NCBI RefSeq assembly: GCF_009834535.1
Contig: NC_045697.1
Coordinates: forward strand, 1,056,001-1,120,000
Reading direction: 5' to 3'
Length of the DNA stretch: 64,000 nt
From: Camelus ferus
Lineage: Eukaryota
The notes beneath the pieces were generated by a model. The model was given only the letters and a program-made list of their open reading frames with translations, was not told where the DNA came from and ran no database searches. Position numbers and translations under genes: made by a program. Below, piece after piece: positions 36,771-49,181 of the stretch; positions within the stretch are counted from its first letter, which is position 1, and each line of letters opens with the position of its first letter.

Positions 36771-39349
36771 AAATAAGAAAGGTCCCTCTGGCTGTCTTTG
36801 GGAGACTGGGCCACAAGTGGGAGGACAACAGGGAGATGTGAGGTGAAGTGAGAGTCCAGGTGAGGTGAAGCGTGGACCTGGTGACGCTGAGGGTGGAGTG
36901 CACAGGATTTCTAAAAGGACTGTTGTGCGCTTGGTCTGAGCATCTGCCAGGGTGGGGACGGACTGCCCTCACCAGAGATGGGAAAGGCTAAGGATAGTTG
37001 TTGAGTTTTATCTGGGGGAGGAGAAGGGGACAGCAGATGGAGGGTGAAATCAGGACATCAGTTCTGGACATACTGACCTTGGGAAGTCTGTTCTCCAAGC
37101 GGAGATGCCCAGAGCAGCTGGACATGGGCACCTAGAGCTGCTTGGCTGGTTTTCACAGCCCTGATTGGATAAGGTCACAAAGTACAGGGTGTAGGTGGAG
37201 AAGACGCCCAAGGATGTGGCCCTGGGGAGGGGGCATAAAGAGGTGGGAGGGCGAAGTGCCCCCAGGGTGTAGGCAAAATGGAGCTTGGACAGGACCGGAC
37301 TCGGGCAGTTGGGGGAGGGCTGAAGACTGGTCCTTGGATTCTGTAGGTGGGTGAGTGCAGCGCCAGGCGCGGGCTGAACAGGTGTGGGCTCAACAGAGAA
37401 AGGCAGAGAAACCGGACAGCGAGGAGAGGTGATGGTAGCCGTGAGGGACTCAAGGAGTTTGTCTTATTTGCATGCGGAAGAAATCGCAGCCCGTTTGCTG
37501 AAGTAAAGATCCAATGGAAAAAGAAAATCCGGCGCCCTTGGGGAGGCAAAAGGGAGGAAGAGTCAGGTGTGGGTGAGGGGACACCGGCGCCCGGCGGGGT
37601 AAGGCGGAGAAGAAGCTCACAGCCCGGGCCGGCTCTCAGCATCCAGGCAGCCCCGAGGTTCCGCCCTGCGGACGGGGGCGCGGTCCCCTCGGGAGTGGCG
37701 CATGGTGCCACGGGCTCCAGGGTGTGCGGAGTAGGGATGGCCCGGCTGGGATTAAAGAGCCCGCCCGAACTAGAGTACCACGGCGTGCCGGGGAAGCGGG
37801 AGAAGATGGATCCGGTGTGCAGGAGGTTCCACGAGTCTGCAGCTGCGCAGGGAAAGGCGCGGTTCCACCGCACGGTCGCCCAAGGTCTAGCCCAAGCCAT
37901 GCCCCGGCGTAGGCTTGCTCTCCTTCCCCGGAGGACGCGGCTGTACGCGCGCGGGGAGAGGTGGCAGGAGCCCGCCACAAGCCGGAGGCAGTGTGGGACT
38001 GAAAAAAGCCTGTGCCCTGTGGCGTCCTCCAGGCGCACGTCCCAACCGAATGGCCCCGCAGGGCCGCTGCGCACATCCGGCCGCCGCTCTCCGTCCCACT
38101 CGGTGGCTGTGACCTCGCCACCCGGGCGCGGGGCTCCGGATAAGGAGCACGGAAATGGCGCACGTCCGGGAACTGGTCCGCAGTCCCCCGGCCCCCACGC
38201 GGGGCCTGCCCACGTTTCCGGACGCCCCCCGCCCAGGCCCGGACTGCAGCGCGAGCCTGTCTCCGAGCCCGACCGCGAGAAGTGGCGGTCACGAGCACTG
38301 CCCCCTCCCCAGGTCAGCAAACCTGCCTCCGACCGGGGCCACCGACGTCTCATTCCGTGGCAGGGCGACAACCGACCCCAGGCCCGGGGCAGAGGACGTC
38401 TAGGCTTGGCGCTGCCCAGCAGGAAGGGGGCCCGGCGCTGCCCGGCACAGCGCAGGTTGCTGGCGGGCTCCGCCCGGCACTCCGGCGGCCGGGACGCGGG
38501 CCTAGGCGCATTCCTCGGCGGTGGCGGCCCCCGCATCGGCGCGGGCCTTGTAGAGACGAGGTAGACGCCAAACGGAATCCTTCCCTCTTAGAGGGACCGA
38601 GTCTCTCCCGCACGCGTGGGCTGGCAGCCACCTGAACCCCGTGCTTACCGCGGCGCCCGCGAGGGCCACACTAGGCTCTTCCAACAACCTTGTGCGTCCA
38701 CGGATAGAAAAGGGGCCAAGCGACGGCTCAGAGGTCACAAAGCTGGGGGGTGCGGGGAAGTGGCCAACAGGTGTCAGGGCACCGGAGGTGGAGAGGGAGA
38801 GCCCAGCAGGCCGGCCTCTCCCCTGCCCTTCTCGCCTGAGGTGCAGGGGCAGGGGCAGGGTCGGGCCGGAGTGACTGGCGGAGAGAGTGGATCCTTCACG
38901 GCTCACGAGCCCAGGTCGCTCCTGGCCCGGATCTCGCCCGAGCAATCCGACCTGACTGGACCCCATTGGCCCAGGAGCAGAGGCCGCGCTTTTGCATTCA
39001 CTGGACCCTGGCCCTGGCGTGCATCGAGCCCCTCCCTCAGGATCGGCGCAGGGACACCCCAAGTCCCCGGACCGCCAAGCTCCAGCGGCAGATTTCCCGC
39101 TTCCTCGGCTTTGCTCCCGCCCGCGGTGGCTCTGGAGGTGCGGTCCAGACGCCGCCGCCTCTAGGCAGCCCCTCCATAGCCCGTAGGCCTGACGGCACTC
39201 CACAGCAGACGCCGGCCGTGGCTGGGCGCACGGAGTCCAGGAGCCACCTCGGTCCCTTTAAACCAGAGGTTCGCTCAGTCCCGGGGTTTCCATGACGACG
39301 ACGTCGGATGGGGGGACCCGGGGCGGGGGGTCGGGGCGCATGCGCGGTG

Positions 39350-39413
39350 CGCGCCGGACGCAGCACGTCTTCCCGAGTCGCCAGCGCTGCTGTCGCGGGG
39401 TTCCTGAACCGCG
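39350..39413 (+). other. NICOL1: Probable non-coding exon 1 of NICOL1 (5' end approximate)
   Basis: Follows a GC box and the NRF1 palindrome GCGCATGCGC (39336-39345); donor GCG|GTAACG, then a G-rich intron to the CTGCAG acceptor ending at 39717. Confidence 0.6.
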
Positions 39414-39743
39414 GTAACGGCAGGCTGGGGGTTCGTCGGGTCCCGGGGGGGCGGGAGAAGGAAGTGGGATAGCTGGGCCCGGGGAGCGTGGCGGGGATGG
39501 AGAGGAAGGGATGCGGTGGGCACTAGCGAGACCCGGTGGGCGGGGTGGGGGTTCGCTGGGCCGGGGGGGCGGGGCCCTGGAGGTGGTTTGCTGGGCCGGA
39601 GAGGTCAGGGGGTACTAGGGGTTCGCGAGCCCGGGGGCCAGGGAGGGGCCGGGGGCCGGGTGAGGGTTCGCTGGCCTGAGATGGGGCGCGTGGGGTGCTG
39701 AGCCTCCTCTGCTGCAGGACGCCCGGGCTCCCTCCGCTTGGCC

Positions 39744-39876
39744 ATGGCTCCCCCGCCGCTGTGCAGGCTCCCGAGGTCGCCGCCGCGGCTGATACTGCTC
39801 CTGCTATTGAGCGTCGCGCTGCTGGGCGCCCAAGCCCTCGCCGAACCCGCCGCCGGGAGCGCCGTCCCCGTGCAGA
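39744..39876 (+). CDS. NICOL1: NICOL1/C4orf48 first coding exon (signal peptide MAPPPLCR...LLLLLSVALLGAQALA-EPAAGSAVPVQ)
   Basis: Strong Kozak GCCATGG; hydrophobic signal peptide; donor A|GTAGGT; matches human C4orf48 as recalled. Confidence 0.93.
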
Positions 39877-40080
39877 GTAGGTGCCGCGCGCGCATGCGGA
39901 GCGGTCTCCGCGGGCCCGGGCCCTGACCCCACCCGGGCGTGCTGGAGGGGCGTGGCTCCCCTTTGTTCCCCTGCGGTCCCCGCACCCCCTTGGGTGGGAG
40001 GTGGGGAGCGGACCGAGGCCGCCGCTCGGGTGGGACTGGGCTGGCGGCGCGCCCTCCGCCCTGACTCGAGCCCCTCGCAG

Positions 40081-40169
40081 GCCGCCCGTGCGTGGACTGC
40101 CACGCTTTCGAGTTCATGCAGCGCGCCTTGCAGGACCTGCGGAAGACGGCCTACAGCCTGGACGCCCGG
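40081..40169 (+). CDS. NICOL1: NICOL1 second coding exon (RPCVDCHAFEFMQRALQDLRKTAYSLDAR)
   Basis: CGCAG acceptor; CGG|GTGAGC donor; C4orf48 core sequence. Confidence 0.95.
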
Positions 40170-41150
40170 GTGAGCCTCTGGAGGCCGGGGAGGAGGGACC
40201 CGCCATCTCCCGGTCCAATGCCCCACACTCTGTTTCTAGCCCCAGTGAGAGAGGGTGCAGGCAGTTCTCCTCTCCAGGACTGCACTGGGCACTTTTCCCG
40301 GCGACCCCTACCCAGGCCCAGAGGGGGGACAGGCAGTCCCGATGAGGCACTCCCCAGGTGTGAGGGCAGAGAGGAGACTGAGGCCGGGAAGAGGTCGTTG
40401 AAAGGGAGCGCAGGGGCAGTGTTGGGCGTGGAAGGTCAGCTTGGGCACAGCTGTCTGGGAGGTTCTTCAGCCCCCAGCCTCATTTGGGGAGGGACTGGTA
40501 CGCATACAGGGCGCCAGGGGTCACCCCCCAGGTCTGGAATGAGCAGTGAGCACCCACTCCCCGAAGTTGCTGTGCCCCAGCCAACGGAGTTTTCATTTAT
40601 AACAGAAATATGTTGTCTTTCTGGAAAGCAGAGAGCATTCCTAGAAATAGGAAGAAGGGGAGACCCTACTCTGGTCTCCTGACCAATTTCCAAGGATCCA
40701 GACTGCTCTCTGTAGCGACCCTTGGAGGCTACGGGGCCTGAGGCTCCGAGCCTGGTGCCCTGGCCCTGAGAGGAGCAGCCCCCACCCACCTCCAGGGATT
40801 GGGAGAGGTGTTAGGGGACGGAGGGGGCCCTGGGAGGGGTGGATGAGGTGAAGGAGAAGCAGGGAAGGTAGTCCAGGTGTAGGGACCAGGGAGGCAGGGC
40901 TGGCCCATGGCAGAAACTGCAGAGGCTCCAGCAGAGCGGAGGGGAGGTGGGGAGGAGTGGGGAGAGGATGCCTAGAGGGCAGCGGGGGAGAGGGTGGTGT
41001 CACAGTGCAGGTTCAGGCTCTGAGACTCTTGGGAGCTGGTGAAGACCGGACTGTCAGCAGGTTTCGGGAAGCCAGGAGCTGGAGGGCCCTCGGGAACTGG
41101 TGGGTGGGGGCCACCGTGCAGCGCCCTCACGGCCCCTTGTTGCTTTTCAG

Positions 41151-41216
41151 ACGGAGACCCTCCTGCTGCAGGCCGAGCGCCGGGCCCTGTGTGCCTGCTG
41201 GCCGGCTGGGCGCTGA
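41151..41216 (+). CDS. NICOL1: NICOL1 last coding exon (TETLLLQAERRALCACWPAGR*)
   Basis: TTTTCAG acceptor; TGA at 41214-41216; total 288 nt = 95 aa + stop. Confidence 0.95.
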   Translation, partial: TETLLLQAERRALCACWPAGR

Positions 41217-41244
41217 GGACCTGGAGCCAGCACTTTCCTTCATC

Positions 41245-41250
41245 AATAAA
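41245..41250 (+). terminator. NICOL1 polyadenylation signal AATAAA
   Basis: 28 nt after the stop codon; TGTGT-containing tract downstream. Confidence 0.85.
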
Positions 41251-42629
41251 CACCTGACCTGGCATGCCTGTGTCCTGTCTCCCTGCTCTGGCCACCAGAT
41301 TCCCCCCTTCCTTGCCCCCTGGAGGCCCTGGTTGGGCCTTTCTGTGGGCCTTGGTTTCCCCAGCTGTTCCATGTGGGCGGAGGCCCTCTCGGCACTTGTC
41401 CCACTCCAGGGCCTGAATTGAGTGGGGCTGTCTGGCTACACTTGTGGACCTGCACCCACAAGCACCGGGTCCTCAGGGAACCCGCCTTCCAAGGACCACC
41501 TCCCTTGCCTGCCTGCCCTTGTTTGGAGGCTGGGGGAGTGTAGAGGCCAGCCTGGTCTCTGGAGCAGCTGCCCCAGTGCCGAGCCTCCGAGGGCTCTCCG
41601 GCACTGCCGAGAAGACGGCTGCGGTCCAGGGCTCCCTGGAGGTCCTGCTGGTGGGCCCACAGAGCCAAGCCCGCTGTAGCCAAGAAGCCTGAGGCTGCTG
41701 GAGGGGGTGGTGAGTGGGCGGGGTGCGGGGGAGGGCCGGGACCCTTCCCCGCCCTTCTATCTTGTCTACCGCATCCCTCCTGCAGACCCCAGCCTGGGCC
41801 CTGCATATCAGGAACTCCTGGATAGTGACATGGGCCTGAAGACAGGCCCAACCCCCGATCCACACACGTGTGTGCGCAGCACCAGGTGGGCGGCCTCCGT
41901 CTTTCTCTTCCTCTGTGCATTCTGTACATGTTTTTTTAAGTAAAAATTATAGCCCTTTTTCAAAGGATTGCATGCACATTGTTAGAAGTACTCAGTAGCA
42001 CGGCAGGGCTGCAATTGGAAGTGGCTGCTGGGGCACTTGGCCTCTCTGGGGTTTTAGTTCTCTGGCTGTGGCGCCCTTGTGCTGCTGCCTCAGGTGGGTA
42101 AAGCCAGACCTTCCTGGTCCCCACCTCGGCCCGTCGTGTCCTGTCTTTGTGATGCGATGCACATATCTATTCAGATCCTGGCCCCCAGCCTTCCCTGGCC
42201 CCACTGGCCTCCCAGCCATTGAACTTGACCACGACAGGTTCCCTTTTGTTGGAACCGCCTGGCATGCAGGTGCTGATCCAGGTGTCTGGGCCACAGTGAA
42301 CAAACCAGAGTCCTTCCTTGGTCACGGTGGGAGGCTGACTAGAGGTCTGGGGGTGATGACACATGTGAACTCTGAAGCCGGTCAGAGAGAGACTGAAGAG
42401 TGCTGCAGCCAGGGCAGATCTGGGCTGGCCGCCCCCCCCCCCCACCTGGGCGTGAGTGGGGTGCAGTGGCAGGGACCAGGATCCACCTGTTCAAGGAGCA
42501 GGGGGTGACAGAGGCAGGTGCTGTCTGTTCAGGGCGCTGCCAGACAGGCTCACATCCCATTGCTTGGCCTCAGGCAGTGACCACTCCTGGCTGTAAGTGA
42601 GGCAGGATGCCGACCTGTGTTGTTGACTT

Positions 42630-42810
42630 GTGGCCAGGTTCACAAACACACTTAGAACACCAGTGAGCACTTTTTAGTGTGAAAAGTACAGGTATTTCTA
42701 GTGTAAGTACTTGGTGTAAGTATGTCCCATGTAACGTTTGGGACACGTTTATACCAAAAGTCATTTATCCCGGGTTTAAGTTTATCTGGGCATGCAGTGT
42801 TTTGTGGACT
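42630..42810. mobile_element. MER53-like palindromic hAT MITE relic
   Basis: Hairpin core GTGTAAGTATGTCCCA-N8-TGGGACACGTTTATAC; CTGGGCATGCAGTGTTTT arm. Confidence 0.65.
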
Positions 42811-43699
42811 CTGGGGGTCAAGGACAGAACCGGAAGTGGGGGGCTGGGACTGGGTGGTGGCAGCAGCAGGGGTGAAGAGGAGTTGAAATCCAGGTGTATT
42901 TGAAAGTAGAGCCCGCGGGAATTGCGGGTGGGTTTTGAGAGAAAGGGAGGAGGGGAGGGGGGAAGAGGGATGGAAGCAGCGGGGAGGCCCGAGAGGCTCC
43001 TGGACAGGTGCACCTGGGAAAGGGCGGGACCCGAGTGCTGGCTGAGATCCCTGCGGACAGAGGAGGGCTGTGTGCATTGGGAGGGCAGGCAGGCACGGGA
43101 GACGGGGCAGTTGTTGGGCAGGAAGAGAACAAGATGGGTGGGGGCTTCGGGCAGAAGGGAGGGCTCAGCGTGTCACATGCCCCCAGGTCAAGCAAGACCC
43201 GAGGCTGGACCACTGGATTTGACAGCCTTGGTCGTCATCAGCCTTGACAAGAGCAGGATCAGTTGAGGGTGGGGAAGGCCTGAAGTGGGGTTTCACTGGA
43301 GAAGTGGATTGGAGAGTCAGCATAGACAGCTCTTGCGAAGGGTTTGGCCCTGTGTGTGGTCAAGGCCAGTGGCATTCAGGTTTGTCCTAGAGCTATGACA
43401 CGGCTTTCTGGCTCACCTGTAGGCTGAATGGATCGAGGGCGGCTATTATGACTCCATGTCAGTATAATTCTTGGAGGCTGAGAGAGCTGGAAATGAGTTA
43501 CCTTTGGGACAGCTTTTGTTTTCTCTGGAGATTGTGTCTGCCTTCTCTTTCCCCCTTGTCTGCCTTTATCACATTCTCTAGCAGTCAATTCATTCCCCAC
43601 GTGTCCCTTCCTGGGCCCTTGCCCTCCTGCTCCTAGCCAACTGGGCATGCCCACTGCCCACCCTTCACTCTTCTAGTTCGGATCCACTGTTTCCTAGAT

Positions 43700-44060
43700 C
43701 CCATGCCATCATCTCCCTGTTACATGCCTTCAAGTAGCTTCCTAGAGAACAGTGTGGTAAGTAAACTTCCTAAGCTCACCTGTCTGAAAATATCCCCTGC
43801 TGGCACATTTAATTCAAAGCCCCCACGGCCTTTGCACATGCTGTCCCTGCTCCATGGAGTTCCCATTTGGGCTCCTCCACCACCTGCCTCACTCTTCACC
43901 CCCTTATCCCAGCTTGCTTTTCTTTGACCCAAAGAGATACTAGAGTATTGATCTCTGTTATTGGTTTATTTCCAGCTCCGCCCCCACTGAGCTGTAAAGC
44001 CCCAGGAGACCTTTATTTTTTCAGGGCCCAACAGCGAGTAGGCACTCACCCAGCGGTGTT
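43700..44060 (+). mobile_element. L2 3' relic
   Basis: GGCCTTTGCACATGCTGTCCC; CCCCACTGAGCTGTAAAGCCCC...GTAGGCACTCA. Confidence 0.55.
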
Positions 44061-47000
44061 GAAGGGAAGGCCAGTGGTGGATGAGGGACCCGGTGAGGAG
44101 AGCACGGAGCAGGGCACCGGGTCTGCAGCTGCCTGCAGCAGGTCCCATCACTCCCTGCCCTCAGAACTGAAGGTCCACTCGAGGTGCTGGACAGGTTCCA
44201 ATCAGGAGTCTCAGTCCTTCAGCTGAAATAACAATGACAGTGGCCGTCCTTTCCTGTTTCCTCCCCTTCATGTTCTCTTTGTGGTTCCTGTTAGCTGCAC
44301 CCTGGGCCTCCAATCGGTCCTGGCTTTCTTTTTTCTTTCCATCTCCTGGCCTTCCGGTTCACTTCCTCCAGTGCTCCCACCCCCTCTGCCATCCTTCCCA
44401 GTCCCATTTCCTGGGCCCCCCTCTACTGTGACCCAGGAGACCCCGAGAGTCTGCCTGTGGTTCCCCTTCTTCAGTGGGGGTTGGGGGCTGTTCTGCCAGC
44501 AAACCATCCGGTGTTTGGCACCTCCTCCCTGCAGTACCAAGGGCGCCCTCCCAAATCTGGTGTCTGGGATCTGGGTAGGGGGGTCTCACTACTGCATGCA
44601 TGACCTCCGCCACCCCATCGGGTACCCACCAGGCTCTGGCAGTGGCATAAGGCTGGGGAATCTTGGGATGGTTGGGGCAGCCCAGAGGTCTTGATGGGAG
44701 GGGACTCTGGGCAGCCGAAGCCAGAGAAATGAGTGGGATTTTCTGGTGGGGGAGGTGGGCAGTCCTGGGCTCTGGGAGTTCAGACTGCCCTTGACCTCAC
44801 CGACCCTTGGTTTTCTGTAAAATGGGCTCCTGATGGCAGCAGACGGTGTGTGGCCTGCTTCCCAGCTCCCTCACTCTGCCTGGGTCCTTCTGCGGGCTAC
44901 TCTGTGAGGGTCGGTCCCTTTCCTGACCCCTAGGTGACTGCAGCCACCTCCCTGGGCCCCAAACAGGCTCGGAGGTGGTGCCTGGGGCCACTCCATTGCC
45001 TGCAGGGTCTTTTCCTCTCAGGCCACCCCCAACTCTGAGCATGTTGAAGTCCAGGCCCCAACACCTCCAAGACCTTCCTGGTGGCCATCCTTGGGGTCTA
45101 GCCTGTCCCTTCCAAGCTGAGTCTGGCTCCCTCCCACCCTGGTCCTGGCACTCTCCAGGACCCGTGGGGTGGGGGTAGACCACTGCCTCGTGGCCCTGGA
45201 GGCTGTCAGGGACTTGTGGGGGCTGAAGGGTGAAGTCAGGCCACTGCGGGGGCAGGAGGCAACAAGCCTGGGCTGAGTGAAAGCCCAGCCCCTCCAGCCA
45301 TCCTGGGACTTCGCTGTTGTGAGCAGAGGAGGGGTAGCCTCAGGCTCAGGGTCCGGGGATGAGGCGAGGTGGGTAACGGCCAGCAGAGGCTGTGGCCCTG
45401 CAGGGACTGGGCCACTCTGCTCTGAGGGTCCCCTTCACACCAGGATATGGGGTCCGTCTCGGGACATTGCCTAAGAGCTCCTGGACAGCAGGCCTGGTTC
45501 TCTCCCCTCTGGCCCCCATCAGGGAGCAAGATAGCGTGTTCTCCTAATCCCTGGTCTAGTACTCAAGGCCCACATTCCAAGCCTTTCCTTCTTGGAAGCC
45601 CCTTGACCGCTCCAGGCCACTACCCTCCACTCCCTTCCAGCCCTATTCTGGGTTTTTCCTGCCTGGACCCTTGCTTTCTGTCCAGCTTGCTGGGACACTC
45701 TTCCTGCCACTCACCTGACCATCCTCAGGTCATCTCAGAGCCTGGTCCCACTGTGGCTGGTCAGGGCACCCAGCAGCCCCCAGGCAGCACATGGATCAAC
45801 AAGTGCCTTTGAGATTTTCCCTGATTCCACTTTGGTCTGCAAGGAGGAGGCAACTGCCCCAGGCAATTCCTGGCATCTCTTGACACAGCGGGTAGGGGTG
45901 ACTTCCCAGCTTGGCCGCCCCTTCCCCATGACTCTTGGGACCCTTGCGCTTGCGGCCCCCGCCGGTGGACCAGTTCAACTCCTGGGACCTGCGTCCTCCC
46001 TCTCCCCACTCGCCTGGGTGAGTCCCTCAGTAGGGACGCTGCCAGGGGTAGTCCCCTTCCTGGCCTCTAGGCGACGGTAACCTCCTCCCTGGGCCCCAAC
46101 ACGGGCTGAGAGTCCTAGGCCTGGACCCCCAGGCCTCATCCTCAGCCGCGCGGGTGTGAACTCAGCTCGGGGCTGCCTTGCGGGGCCACTTTCGGGGAAT
46201 TCGGGCGACGCGGGTAAGAGGGTGCAGAGATGCAGGGAGGTGAGTTCTACAAGTGCTGGGGGTGGGCCTGGGACTACCTGTCCTCTCATTTCCACCTCCC
46301 CCCTCCTCCCCGGCCCGCAGCGTCGGCGGGTATGGCTCGCGAGGACCCGGGGCACGCGGCGAGAGCCTCCGCTTCACCTGCACCGAGATCGTGGGGCGCA
46401 TGCGCGGAACGAAGAGGGCGGGGGCCGGGCCGGGAGGGGTCCTGTGGGCCCCGCACCCCCGTGCCTTCTGCAGGGATCTGGTATCCGAGCTGGGCGTGCT
46501 GCGCTGCGCGGGGACGCGCGGGGCTGCGGGCGACGTGGGCATCACACCCAGCTACGACCGCGTCCCCGCGCCTCCAGCCCGTGCGGCCCCGGGCGCAGGT
46601 TCCCAGGGGCGCCCAGCAGGGGAAGCCGCGGAGCCCCCACTCCACGTCCCGGCCAGGCGCTGCGTTCAGACAAAGGGTCGGCAGATGGAAATGGAGATTC
46701 TTCCGTGACAGCGCCAGGTGGCCGAGGAGGAGGAGGACGAGGCGCTACGGGCTCCGGCGGCCCGGCTCCAGGTCCGGAGCTCACAGGCCCGCGCTAGGCG
46801 GCGGGGGCGCGGGGGCGCAGGGGCCTGGCGGGAGGCGCGGAGCCTGGAGCCCCACGGGGCGCCCGTTCCTGGTCGGGACCCCGGCCGCACGCGCGCTCGT
46901 CTCTGGCCACCTAGCGGGGCTCGGTCGCTCCGTCGTGCCCCGGGCCTCCCGCGCCGCCCCCGCCCGGCCGCGGTGCAGCGCCCAAGTGTGCCATCGGGCG

Positions 47001-47205
47001 GGCGCGGAGGCGGCGTCTGCTCCCACCCTCGAGATCACATGGTGACCCTCGGCAGCCAATGAAGTGGACGCTAGGACCCTGCGGGACCCCGGGCGCCGCG
47101 ACTGCACCGGCGCCGCTGCATTATAAATACTTCTCCAAAATGCGGCGCAGCTCCCTGCGCGCGCCCCGGCTGCCCGCCGCCTCCGCCCCGCGCTCCTGAG
47201 CAGCT

Positions 47206-47244
<39 letters not shown>
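47206..47244 (+). repeat. (GCC)13 trinucleotide repeat in the NAT8L 5'UTR
   Basis: 13 uninterrupted GCC units, counted directly. Confidence 0.95.
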
Positions 47245-47246
<2 letters not shown>

Positions 47247-47342
47247 GGCCGGTCCGAGGGCGCCGCGCCCTTGCCCTGGGCCGGGGCTGAGCCCGCCCGC
47301 ATCCCGGCCCGCGTCCCTGCGCTGCGCCGCCCGGCCGGGTGC

Positions 47343-47718
47343 ATGCATTGTGGGCCTCCCGACATGGTCTGCGAGACGAAGATCGTGGCCGCCGAGGACC
47401 ATGAGGCGCTGCCGGGGGCCAAGAAGGACGCGCTGCTCGCTGCCGCCGGCGCCATGTGGCCCCCGCTGGCCGCTGCCCCTGGGCCGGCCGCCGCGCCCGC
47501 CGCACCCCCACCTGCACCCGTCCCCCAGCCCCACGGCGACGCGGGGGGCGTGGGGCCGCCGGAGGGGCGCGGCGTGTACATCCGCGAGATCCGCGCAGCT
47601 GAGCAGGAGGCGGCGCGCCGCATCTTCTACGACGGCATCATGGAGCGCATCCCCAACACGGCCTTCCGCGGCCTGCGGCAACACCCGCGCACGCAGCTCC
47701 TCTACGTCCTGCTGGCGG
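47343..47718 (+). CDS. NAT8L: NAT8L exon 1 coding part (376 nt), N-acetylaspartate synthetase
   Basis: MHCGPPDMVCETKIVAAEDHEALPGAKK...LLYVLLA; donor G|GTCAGT. Confidence 0.97.
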
Positions 47719-48354
47719 GTCAGTGCACGAGGACCCCGCGGGGATGGCGGGGTCGGGGCCGCAGCCAGCCGGGTGCACCCCCGCCTGCCGCAGTCCGCGC
47801 CAGCCCGGCCCTCTGGGGACGCGCGCGGGACTGCCTTCCGCCCGCTCACCCCCGCCTCGGGCCGGGCCTATCCTGGGAGGGAAGCGGACCCCTGTCGCCC
47901 CCTTGCACGCGCGGAGCCGCGTTCTGCGGCGGCCCGGGGCGAGGTGGCGCCCAGCGCTGGGGCCGGCCCGGGCTCCCGGCCAAGGCGCGCCGGGCGGGGG
48001 CGTGGGAACGAGTGCGGGCCGAGTGCAGGGGCTGCGGGCGGGAGAGAACCGGGGTCTCCACCTGCGTCTCCTCCCCGGTCATCCCTGGTGGGGGCGGGGT
48101 GTCGGCAGGTAGCTCCCGCTGCCGAGGCCCCGCGCCTGGCGCGTGTAACTATATATAATCCACGGGGCGGGGGAGGCTGCCTCGGCGGCTCCAAGTGTTA
48201 ATTTATGAGGGGAAGACATCCAGCTCCCCGGGGTGCCGGGGGAGGGTGTGCTCCGAGGAGTCAGAGCAAGGGGCAGTGGGTCCTTGCAGGGGGCAGCCGC
48301 TGCAGGGGATTTGGGGCTTTGCCCCTTGAGGCTTTGTCACGGGAGGTGGTTCTC

Positions 48355-48425
48355 CGGTTCTCCCCATTTCATAGATGAGGAGCTTGAGACTCGGGGTGGG
48401 ACTCTCCCAAGGTCACGCAGCGGAG
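48355..48425 (-). mobile_element. MIR core fragment
   Basis: CCCCATTTCATAGATGAGGAGCTTGAGACTC...CCCAAGGTCACGCAG. Confidence 0.65.
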
Positions 48426-49016
48426 GCACTTTCACTGCAGGCACGTCTGCCTCCCGGTGGCCTAGGCTGGAAGCATTTTTGGCCTTCCTCCCTTGTTCTT
48501 GTCTTCACAACACCCAGAGGCTGGCCCAGGGAGGCTCTTGGCTGGGGCTCTCCTGCTGGAAGGTGGAGCTCCCACTTCCCAAGGGTGGGATGGCCTGTAG
48601 GTGCCTCTGTGGCTTCCCACCAGTCTAGTGTGGACCAGGATGTGGACAAAGACCCTTTCTCAGCTAAGGGGCGATAGGGTGATGGGCAGGGGCCACCCCG
48701 GGGAGCCCTGCCTGGGACTGCTCCCGCCAACTACCGAGGGCAGCCTGCCCAGATGCTGCTGCTGTGCTCAGGACACTTAGAGATGCTATGATGTTGGGTT
48801 ATAATGGAGCATGTCCTTGTGGTGGGGAGTTCGGTAATAGGGAAGAGTGGTGAGGAGCAGCTCTGACGTTCTTTGCTCTTCTAGAGAAAACAGTCCTGCT
48901 ATATCTGGCGTGGTCTCTTCTCTGTGCATGCCCCTGACTGGCTTATTCACCAGGGGGCTGGTGCAGCGTGCGGCCCTGCCCTGCCCTCCGGTCACCTGCG
49001 CCGCCTCTCCCTGCAG

Positions 49017-49181
49017 CGCTCTGCTTTGCCCTGACCCGCTCGCTGCTGCTGACCTGCCTGGTGCCAGCAGGGCTGCTGGGCCTGCGCTATTACTACAGCC
49101 GGAAGGTGGTCCTCGCCTACCTGGACTGCGCGCTGCACACGGACATGGCTGACATCGAGCAGTACTACATGAAGCCCCCCG
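49017..49181 (+). CDS. NAT8L: NAT8L exon 2 (165 nt; hydrophobic membrane segment ...DIEQYYMKPP)
   Basis: CCTGCAG acceptor; G|GTGAGT donor. Confidence 0.97.

Larger units (their letters stand above)
37580..40200. promoter_or_regulatory. Large CpG island covering the NICOL1 promoter and first exons
   Basis: High CpG density; NRF1 motifs at 39336-39345 and ~39889-39898; GC boxes. Confidence 0.85.
46100..48200. promoter_or_regulatory. CpG island / NAT8L promoter with CCAAT and TATA boxes
   Basis: CCAAT 47056-47060; TATAAATA 47122-47129; E-box CACATG ~47036-47041; implied TSS near 47150. Confidence 0.85.

Noticed and set aside
37175..38564. Overlapping long ORFs (453 aa on -, 405 aa on +)
   Set aside because: GTG starts, Arg/Gly/Pro/Ala-rich, no recognisable domain; expected in CpG-island DNA depleted of stop codons
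39877..39886. Alternative NICOL1 donor 4 nt downstream (AG|GTGCCG)
   Set aside because: Weaker consensus and frameshifting; only A|GTAGGT restores the conserved SRPCVDCHAF frame
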